A DNA stretch of 34,548 nt from Hydrurus foetidus (GCA_900617105.1 UYFQ01000794.1:1-34548), one strand, 5' to 3'. Positions 1 to 11,926 are shown, counted from the first letter of the stretch. Numbers and translations: made by a program. Notes: generated from the letters alone by a model not told the origin.

Positions 1-399
1 TTCCTTATCGTAGACGATATCATTCTGCAATATCTGGATGCGTGGTTGTTGGGAGGAGGTTTGCTTATCATCTGTAGACAATGATTGCCCAAAGAAGATG
101 GTGGAACGTCGGTCGCTATTCGAACGATCCGCAACAGGTGTCTCAATATCACCAAGAGAGTATGGACTTTCATCGCCAGGCTTCATTGATAACGAAGCGA
201 TGGCTGCACGCAACTCTGTGATGTCTTCTCTGTTGGATTCTTGATTTCTGACACTCTGCTGACAGAATTGCGTAACCATGGCGCGGAATTCGGCATCGTC
301 GTCATTCTTTCGAATAATTGGAGTTTCATCTTTAGTAGTAGGCTTGCCAGGATCCAACTTCGGCGAGTTCTTCGGAACAATAGGAACTTCTTTCGACAT
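1..399 (-). CDS. N-terminus of the X1 ORF (putative gag), open at the window edge
   Basis: ATG at 399 gives MSKEVPIVPKNSPK...EDITELRAAIASLS...QNDIVYDKE with no stop to base 1. It matches the X2 ORF in start context and in TELR(A/S)A. Confidence 0.55.
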   Translation of the reverse strand, partial: MSKEVPIVPKNSPKLDPGKPTTKDETPIIRKNDDDAEFRAMVTQFCQQSVRNQESNREDITELRAAIASLSMKPGDESPYSLGDIETPVADRSNSDRRSTIFFGQSLSTDDKQTSSQQPRIQILQNDIVYDKE

Positions 400-1009
400 G
401 GATTTCTGCTTCGAAGAAGAGAAGGATATTTTTTGTACAAATGTTTTTTGCTTCGTTAAATGTCACTGAAGGAGTTGAATCTCACCCGAACAGAATCAGC
501 TCTTGTTTGGCCAGATTCGCAAACTACGACCGTCGTCTGACTTGAAGAGTCTTATTCTGAACTCGAGATTTGTCTGGTCGTTCTTGTGTAAACGAGAAAA
601 GTACTTTTTATGCTGTCCACGTAGCTTATAGAAGCTAAAACGAGAGGACGGGTTTCTTGATCAACTGCAAGGGCTGTTGATCAGTTTGCGAGAACTGCAA
701 ACTAGGATGAGCGGCTAACGGCCACAGATCGTTCAGCAACAAGAGAGTCGCTGGACAGGATGTTTGGCTAAAAGAAGCCGGTTTGGGTTTGATGTTTTGT
801 TTAAAGATTTAAAAATGTGAGAGGTGTATCGAAGAAGCTGACTACGAGAGTTGCAAGTTGAAGTATTCGAGAAACCAAAAACTGGTACCGAAAAGCTGGT
901 ACCGAAAAACCTGTGGCTGCAAGCAATGTGTACTATGTACGTACATACATGTAACGTACGTGTGAGAATGCAATATAGTGGAAACTATGAAATAGTGGAA
1001 GCTATAACA
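1..1009 (-). mobile_element. Element X1: 5' end of an unclassified, probably LTR, retroelement inserted into the Copia-A gag; runs off the left edge
   Basis: Minus strand starts TGTTATAGCTTCCACTAT where the Copia-A gag frame breaks. It shares collinear blocks with 33833-34548 (TGTTATAG.TTCCACTAT, CACGTACG, CGGCTTCT.TTAGCCA, AAAAGTACTTTTCTCGTT, CCATGTCG). Confidence 0.7.
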
Positions 1010-2586
1010 CATTGAACCGATCGATATGGTTGCTCGACCCATCGCCATTGAAATATTGAGGATCTCCTGATGTCCAGCCGTCAACATCAGCAGATTGTAA
1101 AGTCCTGATGGTTGTAAGTTGGTTCAGCGAATATCCAGCTGGATTCTTTGCCGTTGCAACTCCTTTGGGATATCCAACAAGTGATCGATGGGAATCTGAC
1201 ACGATGATTGGTTTCTTGAAAGGAAACTTTGGTAGAGTCTTCTGATCTTTCTTGAAAGGAGGTGGGTTCTTGTTGGGCTTCTTGTCAGATGGTGCTCCCT
1301 TGTTTGGCGGCGCTGCTGCATGTGAATACTTGCATGAGGAAACCGTTGGTACATAGGCCAGCGATGTGACGTCTGCAAAGCTCCAAGGTTGGAGTAAGGG
1401 AAGCCATCTTGTGAGCTACCGCTGGGGCAGGATCAAGAAGCACAAGGTATTTGATGGTGTCTTCATAGGATGCCTTTGACGTCTTTGATGAGGCCATGAT
1501 TGATAAGACGCTGAATCTTGCATCATGCTCCAGCTTTTCTTGTAGATGGTAAAGCTTTTGATCATCAGTGACGGGCACGCCACTTGCGACTTTGAGGACT
1601 CTGAAGGCCTCTTCGATGGTTGCCACATTCTCCTGAATGGTTTGTGTGGACTTGAGCTTCAGGGAGTGGAGCTGATCCGTTGCCTTCCTGATGTCGCTGT
1701 TCTTTGTGCCGTTGATGTGATCGTAGATAGTCTTGAACCATAAGACCGCATCGTTGTCGGCAATCACACGTTTGATCAAATAATGTAGATCCTTCCCAGT
1801 AACCATATTGAGAATAACTAATAGTCGATCCAAATCGTGTAATCTTTTGTAGATGTCATCGGCTGGGATGACATCATACAATCCTTCTTCTGCTAATACC
1901 AGTGACCTAGGTGAATACCCTCCAGGGTTCCGAGCAGTAATGACTGGTAACTCACGATCGCCTTTGGCTAATGTAAGAAGTTTACATTCACCTAGAGCGA
2001 CCATGAACGTTTCCATGTTGTCGCGGTTGTCCTTCCCAGAGTTGGAAAACTTGGGCATCGAAAAGAAGAATTTCGATTGCGCAGAGGTGGTATCCAAATA
2101 TTCTGATATGGGCACCGATAAGTTAGAAGAAGCCTTGGGCGTTGAAGCACTTGGAATATAGGCAGATCCAACTGTTGATATCGGTTGGGAGACCAACGGT
2201 GGAGGCTGTTGGATCTTAGAAGACATTATGTCGATGAGCCTTGCCACATCGGCGAAGGAAAATCATGTCTCTGCATCCTGAGCCTCCAAATTGTCCGAAA
2301 ATAAAGTTGACGCTGTGGCTCCGAGATTCCGCGCCCGAGGTGCTAGAGGTGGTGTCGGAACAACCTCCTGATTTTGAAGGGCTAATTCCACCTCGTCTAG
2401 AAAATCACTATTTGGATTTTCTGTCCTAGATCTTGTAACTGTCCTAGATCTTGTAACTCGACCAGTGAAGAGGGGTTGAGTTGCTTCGATCAGAGTTCCG
2501 AACGGATTTTGAAGGAGATCGGCAAGAGCCGGAGGAGAGTCTGTGCTGGACAGATCTAACTCGTCTTCAGATCCATTGTAACTCAT
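1010..2586 (-). pseudogene. gag: Copia-type gag (UBN2/Retrotran_gag_2-like) with a CCCH zinc finger; disrupted near 2250-2265 and 1340, truncated by X1
   Basis: ORFs 2263..2586, 1285..2247 and 1002..1202 are consecutive pieces. DAVLWFKTIYDHING...DQLHSLKL..TIQENVATIEEAF...VTDDQKLYHL resembles the copia capsid pattern. Confidence 0.7.
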
Positions 2587-2661
2587 GATTGCAGGGCTCT
2601 GAAAGTTGAGGAAGGAAATTCAGAATCCTGGAATCCACGGCAATCGTTTATTCACCTTAAA

Positions 2662-2673
2662 CAATCGCTACCA
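2662..2673 (-). promoter_or_regulatory. Primer-binding site TGGTAGCGATTG (initiator tRNA-Met type)
   Basis: Immediately follows the LTR terminal CA. The identical 12-mer follows the Copia-C LTR at 33246. TGGTAGC fits the 3' end of eukaryotic tRNAi-Met. Confidence 0.8.
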
Positions 2674-3518
2674 TGTAAGACTAAATACAAGATGTCACCT
2701 TCTAGCGTTCGCAGCGAAGGTGGAGAAGCAGCTGCAGGCTACTGTCTCAATTCAGTGAGCTATCGAGTAGACGAAGCTGTGAAGTACAACGTATTAAATT
2801 CTGATTAGAGTTTACAGATAGCCACGCAAAAGAGCTATCAGAACAGTTCATGACAGTGAAACTACCTTGAGACAAAGTTCACAGCGAGATGTGTTGTTCA
2901 TAGCATGTGCTTGAGGAACGTTGCATGAATGCTTATAGTAACGAAGTGTTTTGGCGATACTGAAGAATCATGAAAGGCGAACGTTCATTTGCGTGAGGTC
3001 AGAGGGTTCGTACTAACTGATACATGGCGATAGTACAGGGTACGTATGCATGTGTATGTATAAGAACGTACATGCGTAAGTACAGTGATACTTACGTATG
3101 TACGCCTATACATCTATGTACTACGCTATTGGCGATCGTACATACGTACATATTATATATGTACATACATGTGTAAGTACGTGTGTGTACGTATGCATAT
3201 AATAATTTGTACTAACATGTGCACGTACGTATGTACGTGTGTGCGTGACCATACAAGTGTACGCTATGCTATATGCGTGCGTACGTACGTACGTACGTAC
3301 ATATTGAATATGTACGTACATGTGTAAGTACATGTGTGTACGTATGCATAAATGAGTATGCACTAACATGTGTAAGTACGTGTGTACGTGTGCATGTTAT
3401 CATATCTGCATGTGTACTTACGTACGTACGTGTCGCATAACGTACATTTATATATTTGTAACTATATTTGCAACTATGTTACTACAGACATATCTTGATA
3501 GAATCAAGTGGTCTGACA
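2674..3518 (-). repeat. 5' LTR of Copia-A (845 bp, TGTCAG...CTTACA)
   Basis: TG...CA termini, bounded by the interrupted RNase H frame on one side and the PBS on the other. Confidence 0.75.
3030..3450. repeat. GTAC/GTAT-rich alternating purine-pyrimidine tract with a ~151-bp internal period, inside the Copia-A LTR
   Basis: GTACGTACGTAC runs; ACATGTGTAAGTAC.TGTGTGTACGTATGCATA near 3167 and 3318; ACTAACATGTG at 3211 and 3362. Confidence 0.85.
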
Positions 3519-3721
3519 CGTACATTTCCTTGATCCCGAGGTGTCTCACTCTCGCTTCCCCTTGATCCACTCTCTCCTTAAGCCAGAAGTACTTGATGGC
3601 TATGTGCCGGGTGCGCTCCGCCGCTGACCGTCCTCTTTCGATAAGTGACATGCATGACATGTTATCTTGGTACACGGTGACCGGTCCGCACGCGTGTCCC
3701 TGCCCATTTTATATATTTTGG
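3519..3721 (-). pseudogene. pol: C-terminal piece of the Copia-B RNase H
   Basis: VTVYQDNMSC...RTRHIAIKYFWLKERV...KEMY. It joins in frame to STEAELVALSDST at 7617 once the Harbinger and one TSD copy are removed (one in-frame stop remains). Confidence 0.9.
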
Positions 3722-3724
3722 TTA

Positions 3725-3742
3725 GGTCATTCCTTATGACGC
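3725..3742 (+). repeat. Left TIR of Harbinger
   Basis: GGTCATTCCTTATGACGC preceded by TTA. Confidence 0.9.
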
Positions 3743-3976
3743 ACCCCTGTACAGATACAATTTTTTAATTCCTTGTATGCACCTTTTGTATTTTCTATTT
3801 TTTTGTGGTTTGTCCTTATAACGCAGTCGATACAGCGTACAGTTTATGGATTAATTTGTACGCTGTATCGTTGAAAAACCATTCGTATTTGGTCACATTG
3901 TCCAATACATTTTTTAAGTGGAACGATGCATTTGGAGTCTAGTGCGACCATTTAACATAATTTAGAGGCAAAAAAG

Positions 3977-5380
3977 ATGATTTACAGCGCGCTAGTCCAA
4001 GTCAACCTTTGGCACTCTACGATCAATACGATGCAAAAGAAGGCGAAGAAAAGAAGAGAGAAAAGAATGGCTGAAATCAAAATTATTGAGGAAATTAAGG
4101 AGCGTAGGCAAAGGAAGTGGGAAGGTCGCCCGAATTACATGGAGTCAACATGGGGTAGGATGCTGCGAAGCGACAGAATCAACGACCCAACCGACAGGAA
4201 GGGTGGGAATTTGTTCAGGAGGCGTTTCAGGGTTCCATACCCAATCGATCTTCAGCTTGTCGATATCACCAGAGCTTCTGGGGTTTTCAAGGAGACTCCA
4301 GATGCTGCCGGAAACCCTGCTGCACCTCTTGAACTCAAAATATTATCCGTTCTTCGTGTGCTTGGAAGAGGCTACTGCTTTGACGGGGTGGAGGAGTTAA
4401 CATGTATTAGTGCTGAGGTATTGAGAGTGTTCTTCAAGAACTTCTGTGAGTACTTTGCCCGAGATAACTTTGCAAGGTATTGCAATCCTCCAAGCACTCC
4501 CGAAGAAATTGCGAATTGCACTGGAATTAACGGGAGGTTGGGTTTACCTGGGTGTATCGGTAGTACTGATTGCGTACACGTTCGGTGGGAGAGGTGTCAT
4601 GCTTCGGAAAGGTCCAATCACAAAGGCAAAGAGGGTTATGCTACACTTTCCTATGAGGTCACAGTCGACCACAGGAAGTAGATAATTGCAGCCACCATCG
4701 GGCATCCAGGCTGCCGGAATGACAAAACTATTGTCAAGTTCGATGGATTTGTCACAGCTATTCATGATGGAGATATCTACAGCGATGTGGAATTCGACCT
4801 GAAGAAGAACAATGGGACTACGACCAAAGAGAAAGGACTGTACCTTATCGTGGATGGAGGATACCACAAATGAAGATGCCTCCAGTGTCCACTGAAGCAC
4901 ACTTCCATTCCCAAAGATGCCTTGTGGAGCAAGTGGGTTGAATCAGTAAGGAAGGATGTTGAGTGTGTGTTTGGTATATTGAAAGGTAGATTCAGATGTC
5001 TCAAATTGCCTATCTATCACCACGACAACGCTGTTATTGATAATATGTTCTTCACCTGCTGCATATTACATAACATGTTATTGACGGAGGATAGGTACGA
5101 TAGAAGATGGGAGAATGGGGTGAACTGGGCAGGTTAGGCGGGTAATCACGAGGAGGATGAGATCCCTGCTGTTTTTAGAAAACATTACATTCGTTCACGT
5201 AATGCCACTACCACAACTGATTTTTCTTTAATTGGTATCAATGCTGTCATCAACAACTATGCTATCACTCATTGCGATATTGAGGAGGAAATTGAACCCA
5301 CTCAAGAGACTTTACGTCGTAGGTTAATAGAGCATTTCGGATACTGCTACCAGAGAAATCTAATCCATTGGTTGTCATAA
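3977..5380 (+). pseudogene. PIF/Harbinger DDE transposase with three in-frame stops
   Basis: FRRRFRVP, LPGCIGSTDCVH, RNDKTI, IVDGGY, RKDVECVFGILKGRF and CCILHNM all lie in one frame; stops at 4679, 4871 and 5135. Confidence 0.93.
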
Positions 5381-5407
5381 AGAAATAATTAATTATCAAA
5401 AGAGTTT

Positions 5408-7378
5408 CTATTTCTTACGCTTAATATTTCTCTTAGCTTGGGTGTGCTTTTCATATATATCTTCGTCACTATCGCTATCAAAGGGTTGATAAGCTTTTGA
5501 GGATGATGATGATGATGAGGAGGAGGAGGACGAAGTTAGTTGATTGAATTGAGAGGGCTTAGAATTACGTGTGTTTGGTTTGTTATTGGGTTTGACATTC
5601 ATATTCATGGGTGCATGGCTTTTATTTAAAGCACGCAAGCTTGTATTATATTGTTGGAGAGGTTGAGTGATAGATGGGGTACGTCTTCTACGTTCAAGTT
5701 CTTGTTGGGTTATTGGAATAAATGGGGTGGTGCGATCAGGGTGTGCAGTATCGGTGGTAGATGGAGTGTATCGGGTAAAATCGTTTTGTTGTCGTAGAGG
5801 TTGGGTAAGCGCTGGAGTAGTAGGATATTGATTAACTTGAGTGGATGGAGTGACAGAAAATGTTGTAGGTACTTCAGCAAATTGTGATGTGGGAGGTAAA
5901 GGTACAACATTGAATTGTAGTAGAGTATTAGATGAAGAGTTTGATATATGGTATGATTGGTTGGTTAAAGCCTCCTCATATTCGTCACGCAGTTGAGTTA
6001 ATTCAGCATCTACACGGGTGTCAGGAGTGAAATCATCATCATAATTATACTTATTGTTCTCTTCGGAGTCCACGTCGTCTCCGAACTTCTCAAGTTCTCT
6101 AAACTCCCGCTTCCGGTTACGTCTGGAGGGACGACTGGATTCGGATTTATCCTCCATACTGGCGTCATTATCCTCATCGTCGTCCGCCAAGATGCCACAG
6201 TCATCATCTACATTTAAAAGGGGCCTGTTAACACCGTGCGGTCAATTATAATATTTAAATCAGAGGTGGGTTACCTGATGATTCTAAGACGCCGTGAACT
6301 GGTGCTTCCAATTCAAGATAATCGGTAAGCTTCTTCAGACGGATGCCCTTCATACTGTCATCTGTTGCGAGCTCATACAGGAGCTTGAGTTCCTGTACCA
6401 ACTTGGCCCGGAACTCTACTCCCCCAGTGAACTTGATGCTTAGTCTAATTTGCTTTTGGATCTTGTGATCCTTCTTGTCCTGCACTTGAATAGCAGAGGG
6501 AATTTTCATCAAGGCCAGTCTCTCTCTTTGCCCCTTCGCTGCTTCAATTCTCCGCTGCTCCTTCCGACTTTTCTTCTTTAAAGGCTCCCCCCCTCAGACA
6601 CAACTGCTGATGGTCCATTGCTCAATCTATCATGGTTAAGTTTAAAATTTTACCAGCGTTATCCCTGTAAACTTAACAATTTGAGCACAAATATGACATC
6701 AACGGACTTTCAGAAAACAACCATATGTCGTAACAAAATTGATTTGATGGAGGTGGAAGTGATATGGGTCATGATATGGATGGTTAATTAAAGGCTTAAA
6801 TGACATGACTCTCTCATGCATTACCTTGCGTTGAGGGACTCCACAGGAGTGGGAGACGCTGCGCCGAATGTTATGAAGGTTTCCCATTCAGGTGGATACC
6901 ACGACTCGACGAATGCATGACGTCTATAGCCTTTTAGTGCTTTTGATTTCTTCTCAGAGATGTCCTCGTATATCTCGTATATTTCATTCCTGACATCGAC
7001 TAAAATCTCAGAGTAACTTTTCCCCGAGGGAGGCTGACCTCCTGGTAATCTCTTCGACAGCAGGGGCGCAAAATCGTTCATCAGTATCAACCTTATTTCC
7101 TTGTATTTCCTCCACAGAGTAGCGCCAGTGTGTAAATCGCTCGCCTCGAGTCGAGATATCTCAACATTATAGTTCTTCGTCCGCAGAAATGCATTACGAT
7201 CAAAGCCATTGAAAGATGGAGGTAGGAGGATAGCTTTGACGGCCTCAGTAAATTCAGTGAGGATCTGCTGGTTGATATTCACAATGCCTTTCTCCTTTGA
7301 TTGACTTACGGCGAGACAAGCTTTCGTTATCAGAACGAATTGTTTTGACTTGATGTCATTGACAGTCAAGCTATTCAT
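5408..7378 (-). CDS. Harbinger second gene (probable Myb/SANT-like DNA-binding partner), 3 predicted exons: 7378-6825, 6626-6275, 6207-5408; one frameshift in a G7 run near 6590
   Basis: Donors AG|GTAATG (6824) and AG|GTAACC (6274) and acceptors TAG (6627, 6208) join ORFs 6821..7378, 6255..6512 and 5408..6190. The function is inferred from Harbinger architecture and a GATLWRKYKEIR helix. Confidence 0.7.
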
Positions 7379-7595
7379 TGCTGAGATCAGGAAAGGTTTT
7401 AGGTGGCGGCAATACTGAGATATGTGACTTTAAATGAAGTCAGATTGTGAATTGTATCATCTACTGTGTCGGAGAATTGCATACAGTAGAATTGCTGTTT
7501 TACTGTACAGGAATTTTTTGGACTGGATACGACGGGTTTATGCGTCATAAAGATGAACCAATACACTTTTTTTGTATAAAAAACGTTTGATGTAC

Positions 7596-7613
7596 GCGTC
7601 ATAAGGAATAGCC
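7596..7613 (-). repeat. Right TIR of Harbinger
   Basis: GCGTCATAAGGAATAGCC followed by TTA. Confidence 0.9.
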
Positions 7614-7616
7614 TTA

Positions 7617-9055
7617 GTGGAGTCAGATAGTGCCACCAGTTCCGCCTCTGTGCTCGACATGGTCACGATCTGCTGCTTGGCTGACTTGCTATGCACCGCA
7701 CCACGCTCTCCGACTACCACACAGCTCCCGGTGTGCGACTTCCCATCTGCATGCACCCCATACGCTGCATCGATCAGTGCACTCACTGCGATCTCCTTGC
7801 TCCCAGCTGAGAACACTAACCCCCTGTCCCTTGTCGCGCTCACATACTTGAGCAGTCTGTCCAGCTTCACGAGGTCATCCGATGTGCACCGAGTTACACA
7901 AGTCGCCAAATATGCCACCGCAGTCAGACAGTCCAACCTCGCACGCTTCGCGAGATACAGCATCTTCGCCACCAGGCGATGGAACTTGATACGCTGCTCC
8001 TCGGTGGCCATTTCTGCATCCTCTCTCACTTCGAACAGTCCCTCTGTCGCCGGTGTCCTCGCACCCCCCTTCGCCTCGCTTTCCTTGAGCATGTCCTCCA
8101 CGTAACCGGTCATCGACACGCGTGCAACACCTGTGGTGGTAAGGTCGAACACCATGCCTAGGTAGTGTACTACAGGTCCATCCTTCCTAGTGATATCGCC
8201 GTACCTTCTTTTTAGCCCGCTAGCCACTGACTCAATCATTGCACCATTCTTGCTAGTCACCATCAGGTCATCCACATGTACTGCGATGATGCACTGCACC
8301 CCGTATTCATCATGCTTGTTAAACACACACATGTCGTGCGCATTCAGTATGTACCCTAGTTCCGATAGACTCACCCTCAGATTCTCGTACCATAGCGCGG
8401 CCGACTCCACGCACCCGTACAGCGCTTTATCCAGTCGCACCATCACACACCATTTGTGGTCTGTAAACCGTGAGTATCCCGGTGACAGTCTGATCATGAT
8501 GTTCGTCATGTTCCTGTCTAACCTCATATGCACCGGTAGTCCTGTTGTCATATCTGCGTTCAGGAAAGCACCGCTGATATCAATCACAGTGATGCTTCTC
8601 CCCTCGTGTGCTGCGATACTTAACAGAGTGAACACTGAACACGTCGCAACAGTAGGCGCGGACAGGTCATCATACAGGTCACGATCCTGCTGATCGCCTT
8701 CTGCAACAAGACGTGCCTTCAGCTTCTCGAACTCGCCACTCGCGAGGAACTTCTCCTTAAGAAACATACTCGACCTGATGTTACGCCGCTTCTCGTCCGG
8801 CGATAGCTCTTTCACATCGACCGGTTCCCACACCTTCTTGTCAACCATTTCCCGTAACTCTTTCTCTATCACACTCCCTCCAGCATCACCCCTTGTGCGC
8901 AGCGCTTCGTTCACCGAGATATTGAGCACGTAGTCGCCCCAGTCTGTACCGTCTCCATCGTAGTTGCGCGCCAGCAGCGCTGTCCCTCTCCCGTTCCTGA
9001 AGAAATCTATCACCGCATGCTTATTCAGGCCGTATCGCTGAGGACTCGCATACAC
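7617..9055 (-). pseudogene. pol: Copia-B reverse transcriptase and N-terminal RNase H
   Basis: KLKARLVA.G, IDISGAFLNA, KALYGCVES, VHVDDL, IDAAYG..DGKSHTG, SSTEAELVA. Confidence 0.95.
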
Positions 9056-9130
9056 TGGTTGCGACTTATTCGCACCACTCAGTGCATCCCTGGAATCAGT
9101 GTGGTCGTCCCACCCGCCACCTGCCGCTGT

Positions 9131-11926
9131 TTAGTCTACTGGTACTCCCCTCTCATCGACAACTCCGATTTCATTTGCGGGGTCATCATGCGGTCCCGCT
9201 CGCATGCCGTTCATGCTGGCTATCAGGTCGTCCATTACGTGGTCGGACTCAATGTCATGTACATGGTGTGTCGGTTCACTATGATGCTCGCTCACATCGA
9301 GCTGATTCGGCTCGTCTAGTGCCCCACCGCTATCGTACTGCTGCTCCCGGTAGTCACCCCCATTTTCAACCGGTTCACCCCCACTGTCCGGTCTCTCTTC
9401 TATCACTTTCTGTTCCTCATCTCCGTCTAGCGGTAGTATGGATGGGTCTACACCGTCGTTCACCGTAGGCTCGATCGTGTCTGGTAGGTCCCTCCTAGAG
9501 TCTCCGTCCTGTTTGTACGACAACGGTCGCTGGTACAGCTCACCTTTACCTTTCACTCGCCCGTCGGCTAGCGCAAGTTCGTTGAGCCTCTTCATCACCG
9601 ATTCTGGCATCGGTAATATTCTAAATTGGTCCCTATTCACCAGTCGTCCAGTACTGAGCGAGAGCATTCTCACGGACCCTGTACGGTTGCCAAGCGGGAG
9701 CATCACCACGCAGTCTTCTGTGCGACTCCCTAGTCCTGCATCTGTGTTTGGTACGGTACACTGCGCGTAGTCACCAAACGAACAACGAAAATCTCGCTTA
9801 CCATCCGGCTTCCTCCCTCTAACTGCCTCGCGGGGACTTGGGCCGTATTCCCGTAAACCGGCCGGTTCGTAGTTCAGCCTAGATATACAGTACAGTACAC
9901 ACATGGCTATACCCACGGTCGACAGGGTGAACGGCAGGTGGTACGCTACGTGAGCCCGTACCCTTTCTTTAATACTTCTTATTCTTCTCTCGATTCTAGC
10001 CACGTGACTGCCGGCTCCACTCACGTCGACTTCAACTCCGAGTTTTCCCAACTCGTCGACAAGGCTGGTAACCGCCCCCTCTCCGTCGCTCATGATAATC
10101 GACGTCCTAAAGTTTTGCGACGCGAGGACACCGAGGAAATGGTTGATGCCGATCTTGACTTGCCCTGCTGTCCTCGATCTTGACTTCAGCTGTGTTAAGA
10201 CTGTATGCGATAGTTAGTCCTAACGGAGTAGCCACCCCAACTAGAATAGCTAATTTCTCTATAAACATAATGTCAATCGATAACACCTGATCCCGTTGTA
10301 AGATTTTTGTGCTCACGGTTATATCGGGGACGGCTGTAGCTCTCTTTGTCGTTTTACCCTTCAGCGATGCGATGTCCTTCCCCCATATTGCGTCTGCGAT
10401 CTGGAAGTCTCTTGCTGTCACGTCAAAGTTGCTCCCGCTATTGACGATTGACATCGCTTGTTCTACCGTCGGGAATCCCATTCTAGCGAGTAGCTCGCGA
10501 GCCCGCCTGCCCTGCTCTATTTCGCGTTTTGTAAATGCCTTTAAATTCTCGACTAATGTCGTGACAAGTGTGCTCCCGTGCTCCATCTCTCTCCAATCAC
10601 AGGAATAGAATCTTCCCTCGCTCCCAACGACACGCTTTCTTCCGAAGCGATAGATCCTCGCGCTTCCCTTCGGCTGGAGAGTGAAGCAGTCGCTCAGGTG
10701 GTCGTGCCGAATCGACGCCCCTGAATCGACTTGGGAAGCAAATGACACAATGTTTGCTGAGGCTGATCCGCTGTAGTACACCGTCCCAAATTCTCCGAAC
10801 TCTCCTTCCCGATCGACTGACACTCCCGCTCCCTGTTGAATTCCGCTCACTTTTATTGTCCTCTCGGACTTTCTAATGTCGGTAAGCAAATCAGGATTGT
10901 TGAATATATTCAGTGATGCCTCGTTGTCTAATAGCACGTCGAATCGCGAGAAGCAGCACACTTCGTCTGCAGCCACAAGTGCTACTCCCCATTCGCTCGA
11001 TTCACCTTCATACTCCTCGTCCGACTCCCCCGCCGTGACGTGGACTTTTTCTGATGACGATTTCTTTTGTGGGCAATCCCTCGCGTAGTGCCCTTTAGTT
11101 TCGCATTTGTAACACTCCACATCCGCTATTGATTTCTTACTGCCCCCTCCGGCTTTCCCCGCTTTCTTCTCAGCCGAGTCCTTAGTCATAGTGACATGTG
11201 CACCTTCGGCAACGTACGCCGCGTTCGCACCCGCAGGTGTCGGAGTGGGTGTGTGAACGGGTACTCGGTCATTCCACTCTGACGAGATGTGGAATGCTAG
11301 GGCGAGCGTGGTGGGGAACGCACCCGGTTTGCGCCGTAGCGCGTCGTGCTTCATGTCGTCTAGCATGACTTTGTATCGACGGATGTCGAGTTTCCCTAGG
11401 AAGTCCACTGCTCGCTTTGACTCCGATACTGCGGCGATCCCCACGGCTGCGTTCGCTGTCACCTGTTCATCAAATCTGTTCTTGAAGGTGACGATATATT
11501 CCCTCTCACCTTGCCTCATGGACCCGTACTTACTCTCCTGCTCGTGTTGATTGTACTCTTGCAGTGACTCGTCTCCACCGTACATGTGTGTGAGGTGGGT
11601 TCTCCTGATGAGTGTCCACAGCAGAACACAATCCAGGTTGTCATACGCGGTCTTAAACACTTCCTCCTCCCTCACCTTACTCTGTGCTAGTAGCGACATA
11701 CGCTTCCACATCATGGGGTACATCGTACGTTCGTTCTCATGTTGCGTTTTGACGTCCCTCTTCCTCTGAATATAATCGTCCTCCTTAAACTTCGTTCTCG
11801 AGCGTTCCGACGCTTTTCGTCTTCTCTCGTTTCTCGCCAGTCTGGCGGCGACACGAGCAGGTTGCGCAGCGGCGTACACTACGGCCTCTGGGTCAGGTGC
11901 TGGCTGTGGTTGATCGTCGACCCCGT
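9131..11926 (-). pseudogene. gag-pol: Copia-B gag, protease and integrase (frameshift near 10180; 5' end cut by the G1 insertion)
   Basis: CYKCETKGHYARDC knuckle, VLLDNEAS protease motif, integrase D,D,E in SIDIMF / SDGEG / IERRIR. Confidence 0.92.

Larger units (their letters stand above)
1010..3518 (-). mobile_element. Copia-A: 5' part (LTR, PBS, gag) of a copia-like LTR retrotransposon inserted in the Copia-B RNase H
   Basis: TGTCAG...CTTACA LTR, then TGGTAGCGATTG, then a gag-like ORF. The LTR starts right after the Copia-B codons KEMY. Confidence 0.75.
3725..7613 (+). mobile_element. Full-length PIF/Harbinger DNA transposon
   Basis: 18-bp TIRs GGTCATTCCTTATGACGC / GGCTATTCCTTATGACGC (16/18), TTA target-site duplication at 3722-3724 and 7614-7616, DDE transposase plus a convergent second gene. 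Confidence 0.95.
3519..11926 (-). mobile_element. Copia-B: Ty1/copia retrotransposon internal region (gag-PR-IN-RT-RH), interrupted by G1, Harbinger and Copia-A; LTRs outside the window
   Basis: Order zinc knuckle, protease, integrase, RT, RNase H is diagnostic for Ty1/copia. Motifs resemble diatom CoDi-like lineages (inference). Confidence 0.93.

Noticed and set aside
2421..2458. Short tandem duplications (18-bp here; 13-bp near 882-910)
   Set aside because: Ordinary slippage duplications with no further signal.
3085..3565. ORFs in the GTAC tract, or a CRISPR-like array
   Set aside because: These are low-complexity translations. There is no repeat-spacer structure and no cas gene, and the context is eukaryotic.
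3977..5380. Alternative genetic code suggested by in-frame stops in the transposase
   Set aside because: Both TAG and TGA occur here and TAA occurs elsewhere. TGG and CAG are used normally, and frameshifts show general decay.
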